This document shows, piece after piece, positions 44,102 to 64,000 of a stretch of 64,000 nt of DNA (position 1 is its first letter; every line of letters starts with the position of its first letter). The stretch is from Nitrosopumilaceae archaeon (lineage in GTDB: Archaea; Thermoproteota; Nitrososphaeria; Nitrososphaerales; Nitrosopumilaceae). A program made the translations under genes and the position numbers. The notes beneath the pieces are model-generated. The model was not told where the DNA came from. It saw only the letters and a list, made by a program, of their open reading frames with translations, and did not search any database. The stretch covers positions 32,001 to 96,000 of the forward strand of contig CBDBMG010000002.1 in assembly GCA_965207375.1 (NCBI GenBank), read 5' to 3'.

Positions 44102-44486
44102 TAGGCTTGTGCCTAATATGCCGACATAATTTGAGGAATAATAGGTACCATTTTATACGAGAATTATTCTGGAATAATAGATCCTTAGTGAGCATAAAAT
44201 TTATTAAACGATCGTCCGCCCACGCAATTAATTATAGCGCATATTGAAAATATTTCGTCTCCAACTCGGCAATCACTTTGTGGACTTTCTCATTGTTATA
44301 AAGTACTTTCTATGCAAGGTCTTTAATTCTATAGATAGTTAGTTAGCTATAGCTGTTATTTTCTTACTGTCAGAGCGGAATAATTTGGGAATAATAGGTG
44401 GTATTTTAAAGAATAATAGGGAACGATTTTGGGAAGTTCTGGAAGGAATAATAGGAAAATTTTTGAGCATATTAGGCGAATCCCTA
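44102..44486. mobile_element. hAT-type MITE
   Basis: TAGGCTTGTGCCTAATATGC / GCATATTAGGCGAATCCCTA with an 8-bp TSD, ATGAATTC. Confidence 0.8.
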
Positions 44487-44542
44487 ATGAATTCTATATA
44501 ATTTATGCACTTAGCTTTTATTATATAACTTAATTTAGCTAA

Positions 44543-45527
44543 TCATTAAGTACGGTAGTACTTAATAGTAGGGATTGGTAAGAAATTGTACGGCTTCGGG
44601 AAATTTCGCGCTTTAAAAATCAACCTTGCAATAGGCTTTACCCGAAAAAACCAGCTGGAATGCATTGGTAAGGCTGTAATGATGCTGTACCTTGGTTAAA
44701 CGAAACGACAAGTCGAATATTTCGACCTACAGCCAACTTTGAAAATTTCGGAAATTCACCTGTATTTCGTCTGACCGAGGGGTCGCCAACGACCATGAAA
44801 TCTCGTACACCTTCCATGAAATCCGTCAAGAAATCCATAGAAATATTTAGAAATACAGAAATCTGAAATCTTGTTGAGGTAGTTTTGAACCGTATATTTA
44901 CGTTTTTTTACGTAAACTTAAGTTATTTCCAAGTAATGCACAGTCGTGCGCGAGGTCGTGCGCAGTTAGCGAGGTCACGAGGACCGTAAAATGGAGGATA
45001 ATGACTTTGTGTTTTCAAAATGTTCGAGTAGTCCAAGGAGTAGCTAGAAAATAATCAGCAAAACCTTCGAATTCCTGCTGCATAAACCTGATTGCTAAAA
45101 TATGACTGAAATCTTTCATGAAATCCTTAAACTCATTTAAAATGAAATACAAAAGAAATCTTGAAATAACTTAAATATTTGAAATCTCGTACGCGAAGTC
45201 GCTTCGTTGGCGACCCCTCGCGTCTGACTGCCAGCCAGCCTGCCGTAAGATCGGGTTGCGCTAGGTGTAGGGCTCCAGAAATTTCACACAATAAAGGTAA
45301 TGGCGGCGTATTTACGAAAATCTTATTCCGAAGACGATTTACCCACTGCGCCATGGCGATTCCCTTTATCCTTCGTTCCTTTCCTTGTTCTTCTTTATTC
45401 CTTAGCAAGGTGTTTTCGCGTGTACTTTATTACATCGTGAACTTCGAGATTATAGCCTTGGACAAATAGCTTTTGCTGTTTTTCGAGCGTTATTTGCTAT
45501 CACACAGCTGCTTTGCCATGTCAGCGC
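44543..45527 (+). mobile_element. Family-1 Helitron-like copy C, 3'-truncated
   Basis: A|TCATTAAGTACGGTAGTACTTAAT start. Highly similar to 32982-33620. Homology stops abruptly at ..gccatgtcagcgc. Confidence 0.88.
44776..45220. mobile_element. MITE nested in copy C
   Basis: TIR CGAGGGGTCGCCAACGA / TCGTTGGCGACCCCTCG with an 8-bp TSD, CGTCTGAC. Absent from copy B. Confidence 0.9.
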
Positions 45528-45604
45528 ACCCGCTTCGCATACCGTATACGGGATATATACTGGGTCATATTACTATTTTTATACAGTAATATCCTGATCC
45601 TATA

Positions 45605-46380
45605 GGTGGGGTATATTTCACGGAACGGAACGGAACGGAACGGAACGGAACGGAAGTAGTATAAAATGCGGAACGGAAGTATAATATACGGAACAGAAAT
45701 ATTTTGGATAGCCATATGTACGTAGCTGCAAGTTAAGTGACCTTTGTGTACTTCTAACAATAACATAGTCTTGTTTAGTGCATGGCCAGACCCCTTAACG
45801 CGTCTGGAGTGTTAAATGTTAGCTATCAAATTAATAGTCTTAGAGGCCATAGCCATGCATAAGCCGAGCCATAAGCTAATGTGCAAATTCCCCACCTGGA
45901 GTATACACGCACATACATATAGCTATACTATCTCAGTATTCCGAATCTGGCTACGACAGAGCATAAGGATCTGACGCGGATTGAACTGTCAAATAACTAG
46001 CTAGCTACGTAAGTGTATAGCTATACAGTCGTATAGCAGCTAACCAACAGGGCAGAGGCTAGCTGGTCTAGCTACGTAGCTAGCTATTTCCTATTAATAG
46101 CTATAGTTAGTTAATTTGTGCCTCGAGTTGTGCTGCTACCATGCCGGCACTACATTTATAATGTACGCGGCCATGCAAAGTTTGCTAAAACCATAGATTA
46201 TACTAGCTATCTATGTTAAAATATATGCTAGCTCAAGCGAGTTTGTTAGCAAGGATGAATGAATGCATGAATTAATACAATCCGAAATACAATCGGATAT
46301 AATCAGTGAAAAAAAGTTTGTCGCTTCCGGCGGAAGTGTTCCGTTTCCGTTCCGTTCCATTCCGTGAAATATACCCCACC
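45605..46380. mobile_element. Mutator-like (MULE) MITE
   Basis: TIR GGTGGGGTATATTTCACGGAA with (CGGAA)n subtermini and a 9-bp TSD, GATCCTATA. Confidence 0.88.
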
Positions 46381-47602
46381 GATCCTATATGACTAATATA
46401 TGACAAGTATTTCTACATGATTTTTAAATCACGATGAATTATCTCGTGAATTATAGACATAGTAAATGAAATCCAGATCTCGATGCAGATCCAACCAGCA
46501 ATCCTGATTGATCTCCTGATTTTACCGAGATTTTGTAAGTTATGATTACCATTATGATTATGCTATCATTAGCTACTTACAGAAACTATTCCTTATCTTA
46601 GTTATGCTGTGTCCTCGGATTTGTTGCCGGTTTAAGTTATTCTGATTTGCCCGCCCGGAATTGCCACAATTTCAGTAGTTCATTGGAGGAGTATAAAACA
46701 GGCTTACCGATCCTTTTAGTATGTACATAGGGTTTAGGCGTTGCCACCTGCTTATTATTTTGCCAATTACGTACTAGCATTCACAAAAGGCAGAGCCTTT
46801 GTGGCATATAACCATCAAGTTCAGGGTTGTCTGTATAAGCATATATATGAAGAGGGTGTTTCAGTGGCCTTCTTCAGCACCCACATTATTCCCACCAAGT
46901 TGTACTTGTAGCTACTACTTGCTGAAAGTAATATCTACTGTGATCCTCCCTGTAGGAAATTATATACATAGTGGGACAATACATGATAAAGGAATACCGA
47001 TGTATGAGGGTTGAGCAATAATAAAATTTTGTCACGATATACGTATCACGAGAGTAATTTATCACAATAATCGATATTAATTTTAGCTACATGCAGTAAC
47101 AGTACTACATGCAGTCTAAAGGCACTAAAATTATGAACACAGGGTGAAGTGTTTTACTGATGTCACAAAATCCGGATACTTTTGAGAAATCAATAGTCAC
47201 TATGTTTACAATAATATTGTGTTGTCCGATATTACGATACTGATTATCATGACACTTTAATATGTATCACGAGAAATGATAATATTTCCCAACCCTATAT
47301 GATGCGTCATGTCAAAAGTATCATGATACCATGATACATTGCTGGTTTTTTAAAGCATTTGTGTGTATATTCTCTATGATAAACACCTGAAGCCAATGAT
47401 ATAGTTACATGGGATAAATCTAAACCCCAGTAAGTATGTACACAAAGCCTTTTCTCATATCATCTTCAACAAAAGTATTTATGCATTACAAATATATTGA
47501 CACCGCGAACCGAGTATCATTGCATCATTATTATAATGGTGAATATGCATATGTTGTATTGCAATACATCAATGCACCACCCCAGCATGTGATGTGTGTA
47601 CC

Positions 47603-47647
<45 letters not shown>

Positions 47648-48029
47648 ATAGGGTTTGTTTTATGTGTGAAACTATGTACAAGCACAGCCACCCTTCCTGC
47701 TGTCATACTCTATATAAGACTTTGTTTACCACCCATTTGTTTACCACCCATTTGTTTACCACAACACTTATGTACATAATACAACTAAATATCATCTACC
47801 TCATTTCAAATTTCCAACATATTTCAGCAACCCTTTAGCTATCCTGTTCACTACTGCCACACATTTGATTAGGTGCCATTGTTTGTGCAACCACTTTATA
47901 GTGTCAAAGTTTCCAAGCTTCATGATTATGATAATTTTATAACAAATGTAACAATATTATTTGTATTCCAGGACAATACGTATATACATGAAATCATTGT
48001 AGTATTATGTACGTATGCACATGTATTAC

Positions 48030-48136
<107 letters not shown>

Positions 48137-48225
48137 CGTGTACATGTCCATAAGTAACTACATATTTTGTGGTATATGGCTATGTTTTAAATAGAATACA
48201 GCTTACGTATATCATTGTGGCAATA

Positions 48226-55870
<7,645 letters not shown>

Positions 55871-56007
55871 TATGTATGACTGCTGTATAGGTTGACTCAC
55901 ATGTTGCAATTGATTATAGATTTAGTATGGAATTAATCTTCCAAAACAAAAAACTGGGAAGCTACGTAGCATAATTCACACACCCCATAGAATTACTAAT
56001 ATATATT

Positions 56008-56097
<90 letters not shown>

Positions 56098-56332
56098 GCA
56101 TTTATATGTACATTGTACATACATACACAGCATTTGCAATTATTAATGAATGATCATGATCATATGCATGCATGATCAGCAAGTGAATGATCAGAGCAGT
56201 GAAGCATACATACATTTCAACATGTAAGACATGTACATATAAGACAACGCATCTAATCAGTTGAAGAAAATCATGTATACTTGTGAATGTGGAGTGATTT
56301 AAAGTTACATTTTCAATTCATTACCATGCATA

Positions 56333-56572
56333 TGTGACCGGCTCTGGGAAAATCCTCCATGTTAGCGTATTTTACGTAGCTTCACACAAATAGCTGCTAG
56401 TTCCACCAATTTTTAATTCCTTTATATTAAAATGTAGCTGGATCATTTGTCAACTAATATGCAAGTTTCTACAACATAACAAGAAATGGTTAAAGAGTTA
56501 TGACTTTTTGAAGTTCTAAAATGGATCAAAATTTGCACACTAACATGGAGGGTTTTCGCAGAGCCAGTCACA
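56333..56572. mobile_element. TGTGACC-ended MITE, TA-flanked
   Basis: tgtgaccggctctgggaaaatcctccatgttag / ctaacatggagggttttcgcagagccagtcaca. Confidence 0.8.
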
Positions 56573-57819
56573 TATACGTAGGTGTACATGTTGTCATTAC
56601 ATACTTTCATTATGCATGTATATATGTATGCGCATATGCATAATTTATGGTGTACGTATATATATACACACATGTACATGCATCTTGCCAATATACGTAC
56701 ACTGAAACAGCTGGTTATAGTAATGTATAATATTATATCAAATTTTGAAAGCGAAAAATAGGCCTAGAGATGAGTACACATACATGCACATGCTGGAATA
56801 ATTCCAATACCGTATAGCAGGATATTTTCAAAATCAAAAAAAACATTAGTGGAAATGATTTCGAAAAAATATTTTCGAAAACCTATGATAGCATTTATAT
56901 AGCTATAATAGTTACCTAGCAATTTCGAAAATTCTTGACCATTTTTGAAAATTTAACCATTCAAAAATTTCCCGCTATACGGTAACAGGAATCGAAAGCA
57001 TAAATAATTCCAGGAATAAAAAAATAATGATAAAGGACAGCAATGTCGCATTGATGAATTTTAATGATATCATGATCAATAAATATAATAAACAGATCTA
57101 GAGTCCATCCCATGCAATAGGTTTAATTTAACAACAAGTTTCAGATCGTGCCCCAGATCTAGAGACGTGTTGCTATATTATTATATATACTGTTGCATGT
57201 GGACTGCTTTAATAGAGTATCTTGATCTTGCTAACCTGGAATCACTCAATGGAATATTGAGAATAGAAAGCTTGCCAAAAAGATTGTTTGTAAAAGCACA
57301 AATATATAATAATGTGCTCATCTTGAGGAAAGAGTTTTGATTCATTGATTCACTTCATGCATGAGAAGTGTGTGTGTGCATCCGTGTGTGTGTACACGTG
57401 AGTGTGTGCGTGTATGTGTGGCATGTGAGTGAAATTATATTATGTATAACATATATATATGTGTATAGTAATTACGTACACATGTAAAAGAAATTATATA
57501 TATGTGTATAGTAATTACGTACACATGTAAAAGAAATTGCAAATTAATTTTTTCTTGTGCACATGATTGTGTAATGCCATTTACATACGTATGTATTGTG
57601 CAAGTGTTATACACATAAAAACCACTTGATCTGATAATAATATGTTTATACATGTATGGTTAGTGAACGTACAAGCTGACAGTACATACATGCATATGTA
57701 GATATTATTTCCTACTGTTACCATTTACCATACATACAAGGTATATACTTGCACATGTACATGTACACAATCCATGATAATGCATATGGTTTGGTTTCAC
57801 TTAGAGGTACTAGATCGAG

Positions 57820-60800
57820 TTATTTCAAAAACAGGTCCTTTTGATATTAATCTCTGCAGTTTTTCCTGCTTCTCAGCTCTTTTTTCTACCAATTCAACTA
57901 ATCTTATTGAGTTTTTCAGAACTTCTACTGGAATGTCTTGGTAACTCATCGATTTCCGAGTAAATTCTACAGGAAATGTGATATAATTATATTATGTGCA
58001 GCTTTCATAACAACATTCCTAGCTACATATAGTTACGTGTACATATACATATACTATAATCAAGAGTATATTGAACACTTGCGTATCCTATTATTATAAC
58101 AATAGGGGTGAAACAAATATCAATCAAACAATCTTTGTCTATAACACAAACAAAGCAAAATAATCTGAGTATTACTGGTACGTGGTATGACCAATACAAA
58201 AAGGGATGCAAAATGTGATATTAGCTTAATAACAGCTATTAACAAGCATTAAGTTTCTGTTTACTTGTGGATTTTAACTGTTATAATGAGGGAATACTTA
58301 ATAGTTAATATGCAAATTCAAAATAAATTCGAATAATAATTAACAACGAATACCAATTATTCGGTAATATTTGTTTCAGCCCTAATACAGTTTACCACAG
58401 TCTATCGATGAAAATAAAATAATTGCAAAGCCGTATGTACATACATACATACATACATATGTAGGCAGGGATTTCAATGTAAGTATATAAGTGACTGTAT
58501 ATACGTACGTACATGTATGTGTATACAAGCAAGTGCATAGCATGTGTATATGTGTAGTGCACATGTGTATGAGTGCTTGTCTGTGTCAATACGCACCTTG
58601 TTTTCTCTCAGTTATTTTAAGTGGGCTTGGACCCTGCAAATTTGTCACAAGTTCACTCAAGTCATCATCAGCACTCTGCAATGTCAAGGTATGTATATTC
58701 CATGAGGTACATAAATTTTACAGTTTTACTTTTATTGACTCCAAGTAAGATTCACGCATATGTCTTTGTATTCTCCAGTTTTGTACTTCCATTTCTTCAT
58801 CTGATTCCTCCTCACTCTCACTTGTTGATGCTCCATTACGTGACTCATCATATGCATTATGAGGCAAATTACATTCTAAAGTTGTGATTCACAAAGCATT
58901 GTTGTTATTCACAACCACAGGTTCTATAGATTATGAGACAATTTTATGCGTAGCTACGTATGTAGCGAGCTACGTATGTATAATTTTTATGTATAACTTG
59001 GATTCCACAAACTTTCAAAGGCTTATACGTAGCTATTTAGTTCAAAAGTTCCTAACTTGGCATGATATTTATGTAATACTGATACTATTTTCTACTGTGA
59101 TCATAACTCAAAGTCATTTATTAAAACTGCTGCACTGCGGTAAATGTGCACCCTTTTGGGAGCGAAAACAAATAATTTATTTACGTACAAGATACGGATT
59201 TATATTTTAGTGCATTTATTGTAACTAATAGTAAATCTCTGTGGCAAAAGCAGGCATTCAACCTGTCATACGAACTTTCATAGGTTGTAATCGACATTCA
59301 TTTATGCATTATATATACAGTGAAAAATGAATAAGTTGGTTAGTTGCTTCTAGCTACAGACTAGATTATTTTAGCCAAACATGCAGTTAAGCATACAAAC
59401 ATAGTATTGACAACAAAATGAGATGATTGAATCAGACTTTATATTATAATAATCCTGATCACACACAATACTGAGTATTGTGTACTGTTTTACCTTGAAT
59501 TGAAACAGCAAATGAACTGCTTTGTTGACAACAAAGTGATTCACTGTAATCAGCATCAGTAGATGAATTATACTCTATATATGTACGTATACAGGTTGGC
59601 AGTAACATGTATGGTAAATCGCTATATCATACATACTATGCCACAAACACACAAAGAAGAGGCAATGCACACTTTATAGTATACACATGTACGTACGTAG
59701 CTCATACATTATACCTTGATTTGATGCACTAATACTGTGTTGCGGTTGCTCAAGACAAGCAAACGATTGCATGTCACTACTAGGATTCACATCAGAAATT
59801 GCACAAGATGGGCCTTGAAGTAAATCTAATAAGAAAACACAATACAAAATACATAATACATGATTCCATACAGTGTCAAGACATACGTATAATACAATTA
59901 ACATATGATTTCTACACTCTAAATAATAATTCAATGTGATCACTAGGCCTGATTTGAATTATGAAAAGTACTATGTATACGTATGTATGTACATACAAAT
60001 TATGTCCACATGGTTTTTAGCAGCTACGTAGCTAAGCAGTTAACCAGGTGAAACCATCAATAACTATATCTAGGGTTGAAATAAAAAATCTATATGCTTA
60101 GCTGTAACTAGTTCATAGTTTCTGCTAGTATATAGCTGTCAAGTACATACCTTGATTTGATGTGGCAACAGGATTTTGGTAAGAGCTAGCAATTTCATCT
60201 TCTGAACAGTCATCAGAACCAAGACATGTTTCTGTTTCAGAATCTTCTGTGTCAATTGTATATATACGTATATTACATACGTACATATGTTTAGCAGAAA
60301 ATATTACATAATAAATTAGTCACACATAGATGATTCTACTTTGTGAATCATGCAAGACCTGCTAATTTTTTGTCCTGCTGAGGGTATAAAAATTTGAGAC
60401 TCGTTCACCTTTACGATGCCTCTTTATTCACATTTTTGCTTACATTCACTGTTTTTATGGCTTTCAAGCCATCAAATGCACTGCTGGTCAAAACTAAACA
60501 TATAAAATGCTGAATACAGTGAAACTTCTAAATAACGGACACTTTGGAACCAGCTAATTTTACTTTTATAGAGAGGTTGTCCTCTTTAAGAGGTGTGTAG
60601 TAGCTATAGCTACATGTAGAAAATATGCAAATGTGAGATACATATATGGCAGCATCATACAGGTACGTAGTTATATATACATATATGTAGCTATAAACCT
60701 TGTTCTGATGTTGTACAATGCCTAGTCAAAAATGCATCCAATTCATTTGTGTCTATATATTTCGCAAAACACTGGAGAGATTTTAGCTGGTCAAGACATT

Positions 60801-63800
60801 TAATACTTGCTTTTTTCAAAAAACATATCTTTCCCAATTTGTGTAAATGTATTTCATCTTCTGAATGCTTGTAGAATTTAGCCTTTCTTATTAAGTGTTC
60901 ATAAATACCAATATAATAGTGGATACAATTCAACATTTCATCTTTAATTCTAACAACTTCTTCTTGAGCTCTTGATATTTGTTGGTAGAACTGAACAGCT
61001 TGATACTTCATTGAATTTGGAACTGTTGATTCACTATATAAACAATCTGCGTAAATCTGACTGGACAGATTTACAGCCTCTGGCCAAGACAAATGGCACA
61101 ACGGATTAATCCCAGTATTATATTCATTCAAGCACTTCTTTAGTGATTTGGTGACTACTGTGATTCGTCTTGCTAAACGAATAGCAATCTTTTGTCCATC
61201 TAGCAAAATATGGTGACAACAAAACCTTGGGCTATAGTATAGCTATGTATAACTTATATACTACGGCATATCATGTACACCCTTTAGGATTACAAAATAC
61301 GTAAATATCCTGTGATGCAACAAACATGTTTTAGTAATACGATTTGCCTAAATACGTATGTCAAGAAAAAAGCAGCTAATAATAAATCTTGCTGGTGTAC
61401 TGGAATGCTTTTGATATCTTGGTCAAAGTAGGCCTATGTTGGCTATGTACGTATGTAAAGTGCAAAATATACATGTACATACACTGATCGATGCACTTTC
61501 CCTTAGACATCTAGCTACTGTACCGTATACGTCAAAACAGTCGAGGGGGAAAACTTTCGTGGTTAGAGCAAAAACGAAAATTCAACGGGAAAACTTTTGT
61601 GGTAGAAGCTTCTTGTAATAATGAATGCCTAGTCTAGTGAAGTTTTCGACGGGAAAACTTTCGCGATTGAGCAAAAACCGCGAAAGTTTTCTGCCTCGAC
61701 TATTTTGACATATACGGTATTCCTTTGGGAGTTGTATATGTTACTATGATCACACAATTTCAACACGGCATAACATAACTATAGCTACATACCTGCATAT
61801 TTTGACTTCATCCTAAGTAAAAACCACCTTTCTCGTGCATATTGTCTTATCTGAATCTTCAGTTTGCCTCTTAGATTTGACTTTATCACTTTCTTAGTTT
61901 CCTTATATGCTTGACAGCTAGGTGTCCAACGTGAAATTCCATGTTCCTGCTCAATCTTTTACAGTAACATTTCTATCCTAAAGTATATAATGACATAGCT
62001 ACAACAGCTAGCTATATACGTACTTTAAATAGATAATATTTAAAATAGCATTAATAGTTATGTACGTAGCTACAAATGTGCATGCTATCTGCTTTTAGTC
62101 TGTAGATACCATAAACAGTAAAAAGAAAACTTTCCTGGATTTTCAATAAACCGTAAAACTGTTCCCTACTATTTTTAGAAATTTAACTCCTGTATGCTTT
62201 CATTCTTGCTAAGCAAAACTGCAAAACTTTTCCTACGTACATTATGCATGAACACGTTAAATCGTAAAAGTTTTGTCACTTATGGTATAGCTACGTAACA
62301 CTTCATGAAATACTGATACCTTTACTTACTTTATGAGATTACAAGTTACAGCTTGCATAGTAGTGCTATCAATTGTTGACTGTTGCAAAGAATTTCTAAT
62401 AATGCCAAATGACAATTTGTAATTGAATGTAAACATTAAGCTAGCTACTGCATGGGTACATACAAAAATATAGGGCGAGTAAACTTGCACCAGCGATGTA
62501 TAGCCATTGGCACCTTTGATTATGACGTCACCATCTTAGTATATAAAATAATTTATAATTATATATTAATACCTGATGGATAGAAAAGAGTCAAGATGTC
62601 TTATATAAGTTTTTTGCCATGTTGGAGGAACACTTCTTGAAACTAAGAAACATGTACAATGCATTTTCTATGTATGTAGCTAGATAATTAAATGTCTACA
62701 TATTTTACTAATACAAACTTAATTAGGTAACAACTTCCCAATACAATAGCTATACCAATATAGCTATACAACACACAATGTCATACCCAATTCATCAGAA
62801 AAGTGAATTTTAGCTTCATGTGCCCATGCAGAAATGCTTGCCTCAGTCACCTCCTCTGTACAATTATTGTACATATACATATGTACGTATATATAGCTAT
62901 ATGTATTATATTATATATATGCTTAATTATAAATTAATAGTATGAATCCTTTAACTATAATTATTTCACTTAGGACTAGTTGAAAGTATAGCTAGTTGTG
63001 TGTAACATGAGAAATTTCTAACTAGATTTGAATCCTTGCTTACAGAAGCTAAGTACATAGCTGCACAGACCAAAGATTGCATTAAGGATTTGTTTTATGT
63101 AAAGGTATATATACATATGTATACATATACCTGGAGATTCTGCCTGCAAATTTTGTAAATTTTCCTTGGCTTCTGATAATGCATGATTTGCATTATCCAT
63201 ACGTCTACACAACAGGACACCTATACATAGAAATCAAATATACACATAGATAGACAGATACATACACATATGAAACACAAAAAATCATGATCCTAATTAT
63301 AGCCACTATTTCTCGGATTTACCTATATTCTCAGTAGCATATCTACCATAATGTAAAAGCGCATGACTGAGTACATCAGTCCTATGTGATGGCCTCATTT
63401 CTTTAGTCATAGCAGCAAACCTCCTCAAATATGACCAAAGCCTTTCTACCGCTTCACCATCACTGAGGCCATAACCAGTGATATTCCTTGGGTTCCTCAA
63501 GACCTAATCAAAATACATGGACTTGTATAATGCAATAATGTATTTATGTAGCTACGTATACCTGACATTCGGCTTTGTGTCCATACGCATGGAACACAGG
63601 CACAGCAAAAGAAAACTTTGACAATAGATCATCACGTTTATTTGCCTATATATGCATATATGTGTATATATCTTTAAAATAATTTTCTAACTTCTAAATG
63701 CTTTGATAGCACACAAGCAATGTCATACATTGCTTGTACTTCATGATTACGGTACATGGAGTTCAGGCGTTCAAGAATGTACACGCAATAGGCAATTCTA

Positions 63801-63982
63801 TTATAGAAATATATCCAAGTAGCTATTTATCATTAAAGAGATATACCTTTCTCCATGAAAAAGGTTGATAAAAAGTAATGGATATTCATGGCGACACACG
63901 ACGCCCATTATGGCTGTCTCGCTTAATGCTGCAAATCTACTACGTGATCTTAAAGCGTGGCCTGCCAAAAATTCATTACAAT
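57820..63982 (-). mobile_element. Spliced KDZ (Kyakuja-Dileera-Zisupton) transposase gene; 5' part lies beyond the window; one premature stop
   Basis: Consecutive GT-AG exons read DCNEFLAG..LSETAIMGVVCRHEYPLLFINLFHGER | IAY..MYDIACVL | FAVPVFHAYGHKAECQ | PRNITGYGLSDGEAVERLWSYLRRF..KEMRPSHRTDVL, which are KDZ core motifs. A helical region follows (EHGISRWTP..ERWFL..KYA|DGQKIAIRL..RAQEEV). In-frame TAA at 61959-61961. The probable last exon ends at 57820. Confidence 0.9.
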
Positions 63983-64000
63983 CCTATGAAACATATAAAC

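Noticed and set aside
57446-57538. Direct duplication of about 43 bp between the HMG and KDZ genes
   Set aside because: It is a simple local tandem duplication with no further structure.

Overview
AT-rich, intron-rich, repeat-dense animal DNA. A demosponge-like invertebrate is my impression only and cannot be established from the window. Main contents: (1) a decayed Ty3/Gypsy gag-pol at about 0.3-3.9 kb; (2) minus-strand spliced exons of a nucleoprotein TPR-like coiled-coil gene (8.1-10.6 kb); (3) a near-complete Gypsy LTR retrotransposon (21357-27523, 5-bp TSD ATTGG) inside a four-level nest; (4) scattered plus-strand spectrin-repeat-like exons; (5) two 5'-truncated CR1/L2-type LINEs; (6) many MITEs and Helitron/Helentron-like non-autonomous elements; (7) at 43-64 kb, a chromodomain pseudogene, a spliced HMG-box gene, and a convergent spliced Kyakuja-Dileera-Zisupton (KDZ) transposase gene that runs off the right edge. 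The three most interesting signals are: a candidate large multi-gene KDZ transposon carrying chromatin-binding cargo; two families of rolling-circle-like elements ending in giant hairpins (157-199 bp arms) whose two arms change together within each copy; and a dispersed, oriented motif of about 22 bp (AAAAYTRAAWCCCACAATCAA) found 13 times between 15 and 49 kb with unrelated flanks. All exon models and family calls were read by eye, without database searches.
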